Below are positions 54,039 through 64,000 of a DNA stretch of 64,000 nt, one piece after another. The DNA is taken from NCBI GenBank assembly GCA_965222615.1, contig CBDCUI010000008.1, positions 800,001 to 864,000 of the forward strand, read 5' to 3'. A model generated the notes under the pieces. That model made no database searches. It had not been told where the DNA came from and saw only the letters and a program-made list of their open reading frames with translations. This DNA comes from Gammaproteobacteria bacterium (GTDB lineage: Bacteria > Pseudomonadota > Gammaproteobacteria > UBA4575). The translations under genes and the position numbers were made by a program. The first letter of the stretch is position 1. Every line of letters starts with the position of its first letter.

Positions 54039-55799
54039 ATGGATTCGTCGACCTTGACGGAAGAGTTATCCACAGATAATGCTTCTGAATTTAAACATCG
54101 ACTACCTACAGCATGGAAGCGATGGGATGTTTTGTTGGCGTCGTTGATTATCAACTTGGCTACACTGACATTGCCCATTGTTATTTTACAAGTCTATGAC
54201 CGTATATTGCCTAATCAAGCAGTTGATACATTCACTCTTTTAATATTCGGTTTGTTAATTGCTGCAATATTAGATGGTGTACTTAGAGTAACACGCTCAG
54301 CAATCCTTACCTGGAAAGGTGTTCAATACGAACATACGGAAAGTATTCACGCAATAGAAAGAGTTGTTCATTCTGATTTAGTTAAGTTTGAAAGTAATTC
54401 AATTGGATCGTACTTGGACAAAATGGAAAGTCTCAAGAAGGTTAGAGAGTTTTATTCTGGACAATCTATATTGATGTTAGTGGATTTGCCCTTTGTTTTG
54501 GTTTTTTTAAGTTTAATTTTTGTGTTTGCAGGTGAAATGGTACTAATACCAATAACAATGATCATGATTTTTGTTGTAATTTCGTATTTCACAGGTAGGC
54601 AATTAAAAAAAGCGTTAGAGGAAAGATCTTCTGCAGATCAACGCAGACAAAATTTTCTTATCGAAACATTGCAAGGCATTCACACCGTAAAGGCAATGGC
54701 AATGGAAGCGCTAATGCTGCGCAGATACGAAAGATTGCAATCTCAATCTGCAGCAAGTGTTTATCAAGTGAGCCGCATAAACAGCATTGTTTCAGGATTG
54801 GGTGCTACATTTTCACAAATAGTTATGATCAGTTTTGTTGGCATAGGAAGTATATATGTGATCTCAGGGGATTTAACTATAGGCGCACTAGCGGCTGGCA
54901 CGATGTTATCGGGCAGGGTGTTACAACCTGCTTTAAAGGCAATGGGACTTTGGACACAGTTACAAGCTGTATATATTGCGGGTGAAAAAGTAAACGACGT
55001 TCTGTCTTTACCACTTGAGGCATTGAAAGAGCATCCTCGACCCATCATTTTAAAGGGTGGAGTTGAAATAAGAGATGTACATTTTCAACATGAAGGCAGC
55101 AAAACTGAATTATTATCTGGAGTGTCATTAAATATTAAACCCGGTGAGGCAATAGGAATCATTGGAGCAAATGGAGTAGGTAAAACTACGTTGATAAATT
55201 TAATTATGGGATTTGTTAATCCTACCAAAGGAGAAGTTTTATTAGACGGTCAAAATATTAAAACACTGGACGGTTCTTCAGTTCGTGCACAAATTGCCTT
55301 GATGCCGCAACAAGGTACTATTTATGACGGTACGATTTTGGATAATTTAACCTTATTTCGTGAAGGTGAAGCAATTGACCAAGCGATTAAACTTACTAAT
55401 TTACTTGGTTTAACCAAGGCAATTAATAAACTTCCTAATGGCTTAGATACTCGAATTGGTGGTGCAAATGCAGATGCTATGCCTGCAGGAATCCGCCAAC
55501 AAATCATTCTTGCGCGTTCAATGATTGGTGATCCTGAATTTGGTGAACCAAAAATTATCTTATTCGATGATGCAAACTCTTGTTTAGATTTTGAAAATGA
55601 AGCTCGATTACATTCGTTTTTAGAGAACAATCGAAAAAATCGCACTTTACTAATTATTTCACATCGTCCATCTCTGCTAGCTATATGCGACCGACACTTT
55701 GAATTAAAACAGGGGAAATTACACAGTAGAAGTATAAAGTTTAGTGAAAGTAATATGCTTGAGTCTTCATCAGGTTTCGATAACGTTGTGAATCAGTAA
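54039..55799 (+). CDS. Type I secretion ABC transporter (no C39 domain)
   Basis: QVYDRILP, GANGVGKTT, SHRPS. Confidence 0.88.
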   Translation: MDSSTLTEELSTDNASEFKHRLPTAWKRWDVLLASLIINLATLTLPIVILQVYDRILPNQAVDTFTLLIFGLLIAAILDGVLRVTRSAILTWKGVQYEHTESIHAIERVVHSDLVKFESNSIGSYLDKMESLKKVREFYSGQSILMLVDLPFVLVFLSLIFVFAGEMVLIPITMIMIFVVISYFTGRQLKKALEERSSADQRRQNFLIETLQGIHTVKAMAMEALMLRRYERLQSQSAASVYQVSRINSIVSGLGATFSQIVMISFVGIGSIYVISGDLTIGALAAGTMLSGRVLQPALKAMGLWTQLQAVYIAGEKVNDVLSLPLEALKEHPRPIILKGGVEIRDVHFQHEGSKTELLSGVSLNIKPGEAIGIIGANGVGKTTLINLIMGFVNPTKGEVLLDGQNIKTLDGSSVRAQIALMPQQGTIYDGTILDNLTLFREGEAIDQAIKLTNLLGLTKAINKLPNGLDTRIGGANADAMPAGIRQQIILARSMIGDPEFGEPKIILFDDANSCLDFENEARLHSFLENNRKNRTLLIISHRPSLLAICDRHFELKQGKLHSRSIKFSESNMLESSSGFDNVVNQ

Positions 55800-55803
55800 T
55801 GCA

Positions 55804-57993
55804 ATGAGCGTAACTGCAGAAGATTTCAGTAATTTTGAAAAGGAAGAACAACTTCCTCTATCTGAGCGTTTAGCGAATGCTATACGCTATGGTAAGTATC
55901 AAGAGGTTGATAAAATTTCACCTTATGCCGCCTGTATCATACCTATACTTACTGAGTTGGGTTGGCGTTCTTATAAACGTGAACTCATCGAGGCGATACC
56001 TCACTTCGCAGATCATTTAGATCTCGTCGATCTACGCAATATGCTCGTTACTTTAGGTTATGAAAGTGACGAAAAGAAAACTACTGTAAAAAAAATTAGT
56101 CCAGCACTTACTCCATGTTTGTTTGTATCTAAGAAGGGGGATGTTTATGTAATCACAGAAAAAACCAAAGATTCGATTACCTACTATGATGCAACAAAAA
56201 GAAATTATTGTTCGAATGATATCTCATATGAAAAAGGAACGGCTTACTTTTTCACCGATATGCACCCAACACATGCAATGACAGGCCAAGAGCAAAGCGG
56301 TGAACAATGGTTTTCACAAGTCTTAAAGCGATTTAAAAAGTTAGTCAAACATTTATTTGCGATGACATTTATTTTAAATATTATCGCATTACTGGTGCCA
56401 CTGTTTATTATGGTGGTATACGACAATGTAATTGGAGCAGGCACAACAAAAAGTGTCCCGTACTTAATGGTTGGTATATGCATTGCATTAGCATGTGAGC
56501 TTATTTTTAGATTAGTTCGCTCAAAAACACTTGGTCTGCTTGCAGGGCGCTTAGATTATATAATTGGTGTAGAAACATTTAAGAAAATTCTATCTCTGCC
56601 TCCATTACTTACCGAACGCTCAACAGTTATCTCACAACTTTCTAGGCTAAGGCAGTTTGAATCCATACGAGAATTTTTTACTGGCCCAAGCGCTGCTTTA
56701 TTTTTGGAATTACCCTTTGTATTTTTGTTTGTCATTTTGCTAGCAATTTTAGGAGGGAGTATTGCACTGGTGCCTATTGCAATGATAATCATCTATGTAA
56801 TTTTTGGGTTTTTTTGGTTTCCAAATATTAATAAAAAACTTATCCATGCAGGACATGCACGATCTGCACGTCAGCGTATGTTAATGGAGACTTTTTCAGG
56901 TCTGCGTGAGCTTAAATCTTTAGGGGCTGAAGGTGCTTGGCTGGAGCTATGCAGAGAAGCTTCAGGTGAAGCCATGACGCGAACCTATAAAACCACCACC
57001 AGTCATGCAGTTATTAACAGTATGGCGCAATCATTGATGACCCTTGCAGGGATATCTGTTCTGGCGATTGGAACATTAAAGGTAATGCACGGGGACATGA
57101 CTATTGGCGCTTTAATAGCTGTAATGGCTTTAATCTGGCGTGTGTTATCGCCATTGCAGGGTGTGTGTCTTGCGATGTTACAAATCGATCAAATTACGCA
57201 AAGTATCAAACAGCTGAATCAACTCATGCGCGTACCTTCAGAAACCAATAGTTATAAAGCTGGGTTATTGATGCCAAAGATATCAGGAAAAATCACATTA
57301 GACCGAGTGACATTTCGCTATGGTCCAAACGAAAATCCTGCTTTAGTCGGTGCATCATTTACGATTAATCCAGGCGAATTTGTAGCTATTGTAGGCGGTA
57401 ATGGCTCTGGAAAATCTACGGTATTAAAGCTAATTGCTGGAATGTATCGCGCACAGGCAGGTTTGCTTGCTATCGATGATACCGATGTGAGGCAATTAAA
57501 TGCGATTGATTTGCGCCGAGTAATTGCTTACATGCCGCAAAAACCAAGCCTGTTTTATGGAACGATTACGCAAAATATTCGAATGAATCAGCCCTTAGCG
57601 ACGGATGACCAAATAGAGCTGGCAGCACGTCAAGCTGGAATTTTCGCATCTATCCAGCGATTACCTGACGGGTTTGACACCCTTGTTGGTGACCACACAA
57701 CTTCACGCTTACCGTCCGGTTTGGTACACGGAATTTGTTTGGCACGTGCCTATGTTCGCCAAGCGCCAATTTTTTTGCTAGATGAACCAGGAACCTCGCT
57801 CGATACAGTTACAGATAAAAATTTAATCGAGCACTTAAATAAGACACGTGGAAACCAGACAGTACTAATGGTTAGCCATCGTCCATCACATATAAAACTT
57901 GCAGATCGTGCAATTGTAATGGTTAACGGTATGGTTGCACATGTTGGGACACCTGATGAAGCAGTTAAATACTTAACGGAGATGCAAAGATGA
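55804..57993 (+). CDS. Type I secretion ABC transporter with a C39-like N-terminal domain
   Basis: VYDNVI, GGNGSGKST, LLDEPG, SHRPS. Confidence 0.88.
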   Translation: MSVTAEDFSNFEKEEQLPLSERLANAIRYGKYQEVDKISPYAACIIPILTELGWRSYKRELIEAIPHFADHLDLVDLRNMLVTLGYESDEKKTTVKKISPALTPCLFVSKKGDVYVITEKTKDSITYYDATKRNYCSNDISYEKGTAYFFTDMHPTHAMTGQEQSGEQWFSQVLKRFKKLVKHLFAMTFILNIIALLVPLFIMVVYDNVIGAGTTKSVPYLMVGICIALACELIFRLVRSKTLGLLAGRLDYIIGVETFKKILSLPPLLTERSTVISQLSRLRQFESIREFFTGPSAALFLELPFVFLFVILLAILGGSIALVPIAMIIIYVIFGFFWFPNINKKLIHAGHARSARQRMLMETFSGLRELKSLGAEGAWLELCREASGEAMTRTYKTTTSHAVINSMAQSLMTLAGISVLAIGTLKVMHGDMTIGALIAVMALIWRVLSPLQGVCLAMLQIDQITQSIKQLNQLMRVPSETNSYKAGLLMPKISGKITLDRVTFRYGPNENPALVGASFTINPGEFVAIVGGNGSGKSTVLKLIAGMYRAQAGLLAIDDTDVRQLNAIDLRRVIAYMPQKPSLFYGTITQNIRMNQPLATDDQIELAARQAGIFASIQRLPDGFDTLVGDHTTSRLPSGLVHGICLARAYVRQAPIFLLDEPGTSLDTVTDKNLIEHLNKTRGNQTVLMVSHRPSHIKLADRAIVMVNGMVAHVGTPDEAVKYLTEMQR

Positions 57994-59345
57994 CGCAGGA
58001 AAGCATGTCTTTATCTAATACAGTTAAAACAGAAGTACCACGTGCAAGAGCTCGGTTTATTGCTCAATCGATTCAATTAGAAGAATCAGATGCGCCAGGT
58101 GTTGTAAGTATTGGAATATTAACGACTGCTATTCTCTGCCTAGCTGCAGTATTTTGGGCTTACTTCACTCCTGTTAATGAAGTCGCGATCACTCAAGGCG
58201 AGGTTGTTCCCAGTGGATATAATCATGTAGTACAACATTTAGAAGGTGGGATAGTAAAAGAGATACGAGTAAGTGATGGAGAATTCGTTAATGAGGGGGA
58301 TGTGCTAATTCGCATAGCACCATCAGCAACCAAATCAGACTTGCAGCAAATACAGGCCCGCTATGCGATTTTAAAACTGCAATTAACACGTCTTAATGCA
58401 ATATTAAGTGGTGATCAACCTGATTTTGAAAACTATCAAAATACTTATCCTGAATTAGTAGCAAGTGAAAAAGAAATTTACTATGCACAGCTTAAAAGTC
58501 ATCAATCACAAATTAAAGTAGCTAAAACTAAAATTAGTCAGCGTTATGAAGAACTGGAACGAGAAAAAAGTAAAGCTAGTTATTTGAAGAGGGAGTTGAA
58601 TGTGCTACAACAACAAGCTGCAATGCGGGAGGGTTTAGTAAGCCGTGGTTTGGTATCGAGAGCAGAATATCTTGATCGAAAGGTGGAATTAGCTGAAACC
58701 GAGACTCAATATCAACAAACACTATCCAATATTAATGTAGCCAGTGAGGCAAGAAGGGAAGCGCATCAGTCATTAATTGATTTGGAAAATCGTTTACAAG
58801 AATCAATACAATTGGAAATAGGCAAAGTGTCTGGTGAATTGGCGGAGTTGGATGAGAATTTAATCAAGTATGAGGATCGAGTCAATCGTTTAGAATTAAC
58901 CGCCCCAGTTTCCGGTGTAGTAAAAGGTTTAGTTGTAAATACTATTCAAAGTGTAATTAAACCGGGTGAAACAATTATGGAGATTGTGCCTGCTGGCGAT
59001 GAATTAATTGTCGAAACTAAAATCAATACATCAGATATTGGCCATGTCTATACCGGTCAAGAGGCAGAAATTAAAGTCAATAGCTATGATCCCCAACGTT
59101 TTGGAACGGTATCAGGAGAAGTAAAACAAATTAGTGCATCTACATTCTTAGATGAGGAGAGACAGCCCTATTATCGTGCAAAGATAGCTTTACAAAAACA
59201 TTATATTGGCAACAATCCAAATCGATACCAAGTTATACCTGGAATGACAGTTCAGGCAGATATTAAAACAGGTGAAAAATCCGTTCTGGATTACTTATTG
59301 AAACCTATTTACCGCGGGTTTCAAAATGCGTTTCAAGAAAGATAA
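57990..59345 (+). CDS. HlyD-family T1SS membrane fusion protein
   Basis: VQHLEGGIV, APVSGVV, PGMTVQADIKTG, YLLKP. Confidence 0.93.
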   Translation: MTQESMSLSNTVKTEVPRARARFIAQSIQLEESDAPGVVSIGILTTAILCLAAVFWAYFTPVNEVAITQGEVVPSGYNHVVQHLEGGIVKEIRVSDGEFVNEGDVLIRIAPSATKSDLQQIQARYAILKLQLTRLNAILSGDQPDFENYQNTYPELVASEKEIYYAQLKSHQSQIKVAKTKISQRYEELEREKSKASYLKRELNVLQQQAAMREGLVSRGLVSRAEYLDRKVELAETETQYQQTLSNINVASEARREAHQSLIDLENRLQESIQLEIGKVSGELAELDENLIKYEDRVNRLELTAPVSGVVKGLVVNTIQSVIKPGETIMEIVPAGDELIVETKINTSDIGHVYTGQEAEIKVNSYDPQRFGTVSGEVKQISASTFLDEERQPYYRAKIALQKHYIGNNPNRYQVIPGMTVQADIKTGEKSVLDYLLKPIYRGFQNAFQER

Positions 59346-59380
59346 AGGTGAGTACTACTGTATTTCTTGAGCCACAAAAG

Positions 59381-59845
59381 CTAGTGAATGATATTATTGA
59401 TAGGTGTAGTAGCTTTTTGTTCAAACCAGAAATTTTCAATAGAAAGAACAATTTCTTTTAAATCATTAAAATTATCTGGCTTTACTAGATATGAATTTGC
59501 ATGCAAGTCATAACTTGTTGTGATATCTGATATTGCATCTGAGCCGGATAGAATAATAACTGGTATGTCCCTTAAATTTTTATCAGTCTTAATTTCATCG
59601 AGTAATTCTCTACCGTCAATTTTTGGTAGATTCAAGTCTAGAAGGATCAAGTCAGGTTTGGGGATTCTGGTATAAGGTTTTTTTCTATATAGCATTTGTA
59701 ATGCTTGTTCTCCATCTTTAGCAATGTGTAAATTACAATTAAATTGTGATGACCTAAATGCTTTTTTTGTGAGTAACACATCACCAGGATTGTCTTCAAT
59801 TAGCAGTATTTCAGCTCTTCTATTTCTAGTGTCGATTAAATTCAT
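59381..59845 (-). CDS. Single-domain response regulator (Rcp1-like)
   Basis: LIEDNPGD, PDLILLDLNLP, ANSYLVKP. Confidence 0.9.
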   Translation of the reverse strand: MNLIDTRNRRAEILLIEDNPGDVLLTKKAFRSSQFNCNLHIAKDGEQALQMLYRKKPYTRIPKPDLILLDLNLPKIDGRELLDEIKTDKNLRDIPVIILSGSDAISDITTSYDLHANSYLVKPDNFNDLKEIVLSIENFWFEQKATTPINNIIH

Positions 59846-62193
59846 GCCGCTTTACCCGTCTCTATAATTTGTTTAGGGATTGTAATGTAAAAAGTAGTTC
59901 CTACACCTTCATTAGATTTTACATGCAAGCTACCGTCCATTCGGTCTATAATTTTTTTGCAAACGGCTAGGCCTATCCCGGTACCGCTATATTCATTGTT
60001 GGCATGTAAACGTTTGAAGGGCTCAAATATTTTGGGTAAATATTTTGGATGTATGCCAATACCATTATCTTCAATCGTGAGTTCCCATTTATCGGCATAT
60101 TGTTCAGCCGATATTGAAATTACTGGAGTGTTGTTTTTGAGCTGGAACTTGATTCCGTTACTTATTAAATTTTGTAGAAGACTGATCATACTAGCTTTAT
60201 TACCAGTAATTGAGGGTAGATCATTAAATACTAAGACAGCATTACTTTCTTGTATTTGTTTTTTTAAATTTTCAGAAACATGACTTAGAACCTCATTTAG
60301 GTCAACGTTTTCCATTTTCTCATCTTCTTTGCTTGCCCGTGCATATTCTAGTAAGGCTTTTATCAATTTTTGCATCTGTACAGCTGCATTTGAAGTGATG
60401 GCTAAATACTCCTTCTCAGTACTATTCAGTTTATTTGAACATGTTTCTTTTAATAACCCAGTGAAATTAGTAATCATCCTTAAAGGCTCTTGTAGATCAT
60501 GAGAAGCCACATAAACAAAATTTTCTAACTCAGCATTAGCATTAGTAAGTTCAGATACCGCGTCCTCAAGATGAATTTCGGTATCGTGGAGATAATCTAT
60601 GTATTGAGAACGCGTAAATTCATTACCGATCCATTGAGAAACCAATCTTACAAAGGATTTTTCTCTTTCATCAAACGGACGTAATCTATTGTCTTTGCCA
60701 TAGAAATTTACTGAACCATAAATATTTTCATGAATATATAAAGGCATCGCAATAAACGAATTGATCCCACTTTTTATAAGTGCAGGACTATATTCAGATT
60801 CAGATATGTTATGAATCGCAACAATATCATTTTTTTCTTGTGTGGATTGATAAAGCACATCTTTTAAAGCAGCTAACTTATTGCAATTTGCCCCATATCC
60901 TTCCGTACAGTGACAATAATCAACACAATACTTGTTATCTTTAACATTACAAATCAATCCACAGGACAATTTTAAATAAGATAAGGTCTCTTTGAGAATT
61001 TTATTTAATTTAGTGTCTAGTGGTGTTGTAGCATCAGTGCTAAGGATGTAAAAAGAGTTCATAAAATGTTCGTGAGCTTTACGTTTGGAGACATCTACAA
61101 AATAGCCTACCATTCGCACAGCTCTACCAAATTCATTGCGGACAGCTTGTCCGCGAGCACGTACCCATACATACTTACCGTTTTTTTGTTGAAGTCTACA
61201 TTCAACATCAAAGCGTGTATTAGACTTAAGGTGAGAAACTAAAGCGGAGTTCGCGCATTCAATATCATCTTTATGCGTAAGTTTTTCAAGCCATTCAATA
61301 TCAGGAGTCATATCTTCAGGAGCAGTGATGCCTAACATCTCGAATACGCTTGATGAACAATACATTTCATTGTTTTCAATATCCCAGTCCAATAGACCTA
61401 CTTTCGTCCCTTCTAAGGCAAGGTCATACCTTTCTTTTTGTTCACGATAGGAAATTTTTGCTTGATATGAGTCAGTAAATAATTGATTTAATGTTGTCGC
61501 TACGGTGCCAATTTCATCATCTCTTGATATTGGTATAGGGCTGAATGCTGCTTGAGAATTATTTTTATTTAACGACCAATTTATTTTAGCTAAAGGTTTG
61601 AAAATATATTTATTGGTTAATATATAAACTATGCCTAATGCGCAAATCATTGTTAGGACTAGTGCAATGGATGTATTTAGAATCTGATTTTGTAATTGCA
61701 AACGAATTTTAGATACATCAAAGACAACGCCAACTGATGCTTTAGTAATTTGTCCATTGTTTAGCATATTGCCTAACCATATTGTAGATAAAGAAGTGTA
61801 TTCATCTTTTTCAGGGATAAATTTAAAAGATTGAGTTGAATCATGGTCTGAAAATATTTCATTGGTCGGCAAACCAATTAGCGCATGTTTATTAGAGGCG
61901 ATCACAGTGGGCGGATTGTCTATTCTAATAATTATTAATTTAATATCTCGATTGGCAGCTAGAGTCTTTACCCCTTTAACAAGTTCTGGCGATTCCCCAG
62001 AAGTTTGAGCCATATAATCCAAGATATCTATAACTTCAGTCGCACGTGTATATACCTGATCAGATAATTTATCATTAAATACTTTGTACATAATGAGGCA
62101 GATGATTATCACCGCAATGCAAAATATGAATAGCAGTGAAAAAAGAATCTTTTTTTGGGAAGAATTTTTCACCTCTGAAAAATAGCTAAACAT
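59842..62193 (-). CDS. Membrane sensor histidine kinase (2 TM, HAMP-like, PAS, GAF, HisKA, HATPase)
   Basis: YVASHDLQEPLR, NLISNGIKF, DNGIGI, GTGIGLA. Confidence 0.92.
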   Translation of the reverse strand: MFSYFSEVKNSSQKKILFSLLFIFCIAVIIICLIMYKVFNDKLSDQVYTRATEVIDILDYMAQTSGESPELVKGVKTLAANRDIKLIIIRIDNPPTVIASNKHALIGLPTNEIFSDHDSTQSFKFIPEKDEYTSLSTIWLGNMLNNGQITKASVGVVFDVSKIRLQLQNQILNTSIALVLTMICALGIVYILTNKYIFKPLAKINWSLNKNNSQAAFSPIPISRDDEIGTVATTLNQLFTDSYQAKISYREQKERYDLALEGTKVGLLDWDIENNEMYCSSSVFEMLGITAPEDMTPDIEWLEKLTHKDDIECANSALVSHLKSNTRFDVECRLQQKNGKYVWVRARGQAVRNEFGRAVRMVGYFVDVSKRKAHEHFMNSFYILSTDATTPLDTKLNKILKETLSYLKLSCGLICNVKDNKYCVDYCHCTEGYGANCNKLAALKDVLYQSTQEKNDIVAIHNISESEYSPALIKSGINSFIAMPLYIHENIYGSVNFYGKDNRLRPFDEREKSFVRLVSQWIGNEFTRSQYIDYLHDTEIHLEDAVSELTNANAELENFVYVASHDLQEPLRMITNFTGLLKETCSNKLNSTEKEYLAITSNAAVQMQKLIKALLEYARASKEDEKMENVDLNEVLSHVSENLKKQIQESNAVLVFNDLPSITGNKASMISLLQNLISNGIKFQLKNNTPVISISAEQYADKWELTIEDNGIGIHPKYLPKIFEPFKRLHANNEYSGTGIGLAVCKKIIDRMDGSLHVKSNEGVGTTFYITIPKQIIETGKAA

Positions 62194-62201
62194 TTCTTGA
62201 G

Positions 62202-63191
62202 TTAACTTAAATCTAGATTGTAAATAAATTGAGAATATTTTATTTGTTCTTCGTTATTGTCCATAAATACAATAGAGCTAATTTTTTCGAGGGTTTGTTG
62301 AACGACACCATTTGGCGCTAAAAAATTACTTTGTTCACTTGATTTAATCAAGTGAATATCCTTCATAGCTTCTTTAAACTCATTCATTGAAATGGGAAAT
62401 CGTTCCACTAATGTAGCATAAGCCTCCTCAGGATTCGCATCGATATATTTCATTGTCTTAGCCCATACATGTTGTAGCTTGCGTTGTAAATCGGGGTGAT
62501 CATCAAGTACTTTCTTATCAATTGAGAGCACATCTAAAATTTCGCCACGAATATGTGAGCTGTCAAATAATTTATTAACTTGTAAATGTTTTTGTACAGT
62601 TATTGAATCAGGAGGATAAGAAGTAATTGCATCCACTTTTTTTGATTTTAATGAAGACAGTAGTTTGTGTTGCTGCATTGGTATGAGTGTTACATCAGTT
62701 GGTTTCATATTATTTAACTCAAGCGCCCGATAAATCATGTAAAAACTCAAGCCTCCACTTTCGACACCTATTTTCTTACCTTTCAAATTACGCATGGCTT
62801 TTATTGATGGTGACGCTAGAATCACGTCTGCACCTTCGGAAAAGTCGATTGCTAAAACTACTTGGGCGATTCGGTTAGAATATTTATAGGCCTCTAAGAC
62901 CTCAATTAAAGTTGATGCCATGCCATCAATTTTTCCACGTTCAAATGCGCGTCGTACTGCTACTAGAGAACTTAATTCAACCAGCTCCACATCTAGGCCA
63001 GCTTCTTTAAAGAACCCTTGCTTTTTTGCAATAAACAAATGTTCGAACCCAGGGTATTCATCAATACCTATTCGTATGGTTTTCTTTATTGAATGCTTGG
63101 TCGAAGAAATATTATAGATTGCTAGTAGTAGCGGGATTGCTACCAGCAAAAATAGAACAGTATTTCTCATTCCAGAAAAATTCTGATACAT
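62202..63191 (-). CDS. NitT/TauT-family substrate-binding protein
   Basis: N-terminal hydrophobic anchor; YPGFEHLFIA...GFF..AGL, DFSEGAD, LKGKKIG. Confidence 0.82.
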   Translation of the reverse strand: MYQNFSGMRNTVLFLLVAIPLLLAIYNISSTKHSIKKTIRIGIDEYPGFEHLFIAKKQGFFKEAGLDVELVELSSLVAVRRAFERGKIDGMASTLIEVLEAYKYSNRIAQVVLAIDFSEGADVILASPSIKAMRNLKGKKIGVESGGLSFYMIYRALELNNMKPTDVTLIPMQQHKLLSSLKSKKVDAITSYPPDSITVQKHLQVNKLFDSSHIRGEILDVLSIDKKVLDDHPDLQRKLQHVWAKTMKYIDANPEEAYATLVERFPISMNEFKEAMKDIHLIKSSEQSNFLAPNGVVQQTLEKISSIVFMDNNEEQIKYSQFIYNLDLS

Positions 63192-63440
63192 GAACTAAAT
63201 ACTAATTAAATAAAAGTTTGAACGTCAAAATAATGGCGTACCATAATATATAAATTATAGCATTAGCTTTGTTGCTCTAATTTTTGTTTACATAATTTAT
63301 CGATTACGTCAAATATTTGGCGTTTTGTAAGTTGCAAAGATAATAGGCTGTAAAAATTATTAGAACAGCTTAAATTTTTATTTAAGCCAATCCTAATCTC
63401 GCTAACCTTTAACGTGGTAATTAACTAGAAGTAGAATGAA

Positions 63441-63812
63441 TTACTGAGTATGAGTAAGGGTGATTGAGTTTTTAAACGAATCTAATGTGAAAGGGCTGGA
63501 GATAATAAAATCTGCACCAGCATCTTTAGCGATATTTTTAATTTTTGAAGAGGCTTGTGTTGTAACAAACCCAAAAGTAACTGAATGATTAGCTTCACGT
63601 AAGGATTTAAGGAACTCCAGACCTGCCATGTTTGGCATATTCCAGTCTGCAATAACTAAATCAGGTTTTTTATTTTCTACTTGTTTAAAACCCTCTTCAC
63701 CATCTGATGCCTCGATTAGCTCTTCAGCATGAATATCAGCTTGCTGTAATATCCACTTAACGACTTTGCGCATTGCAGTACTGTCATCAACAATCAATAT
63801 TCTCATTTTCAA
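63441..63812 (-). CDS. CheY-like response regulator
   Basis: ILIVDDS, DWNMPNMAG; SSPF replaces the canonical KPF. Confidence 0.88.
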   Translation of the reverse strand: MKMRILIVDDSTAMRKVVKWILQQADIHAEELIEASDGEEGFKQVENKKPDLVIADWNMPNMAGLEFLKSLREANHSVTFGFVTTQASSKIKNIAKDAGADFIISSPFTLDSFKNSITLTHTQ

Positions 63813-63862
63813 CTCATATCGCTAAAAAAGCTCGATAATTTATATCGGGTCTTGCAATACAT

Positions 63863-63889
63863 TTATCGGCAGATTGTTGAAAAATTTAA
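63863..63889 (-). promoter_or_regulatory. Sigma28-like promoter for the CheY-like gene
   Basis: Minus strand TTAA-N15-GCCGATAA. Confidence 0.65.
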
Positions 63890-63963
63890 GCTATTCTGCT
63901 TGCTCTCAAACCAATATTTCCTAGTTTTAGAACCATTAAGCTGATGAAATCATAGGTTTTTCC

Positions 63964-63990
63964 TAAATTTTCAAACATTCTGGCCGTTAT
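63964..63990 (+). promoter_or_regulatory. Sigma28-like promoter for a gene beyond the window
   Basis: TAAA-N15-GCCGTTAT. Confidence 0.6.
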
Positions 63991-64000
63991 TAAGGTTGTA

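Overview
Chromosomal window from a fairly AT-rich gammaproteobacterium. 1-18120 is conserved core: partial purM, hda (probable CTG start), wrbA, arsC, aspS, nudB, yebC-ruvCAB, ybgC-tolQRAB-pal-cpoB, queEC and tRNA-Lys(UUU). 18121-31790 is an integrase-less accessory block bracketed by tRNA-Lys 3'-end copies and ~132-bp structured repeats. It encodes an N,N-dimethylformamidase (DMFase)-family system: a Tat-exported binding protein, a Liv-type ABC importer whose LivM permease is fused to a second DMFase small-subunit copy, the DMFase small and large subunits, and a divergent NarL regulator / soluble hybrid kinase / signal-less binding-protein sensor. 31788-43798 is a red-type (form IC-like) Calvin-cycle cluster (cbbZ, cbbR, cbbLSX, frameshifted cbbE, cbbT, cbbA, cbbP, cbbY). 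It carries two paralogous unknown ~155-aa genes, one behind a SAM-II-like riboswitch. 44-59 kb holds two repeat-rich RTX/cadherin type I secretion substrates plus two ABC transporters and an MFP, each unit preceded by a sigma28-like promoter. The window ends with an SBP-HK-RR module and a CheY-like gene. A ~130-200 bp MITE family occurs four times. All family calls come from motif recognition, not database searches.
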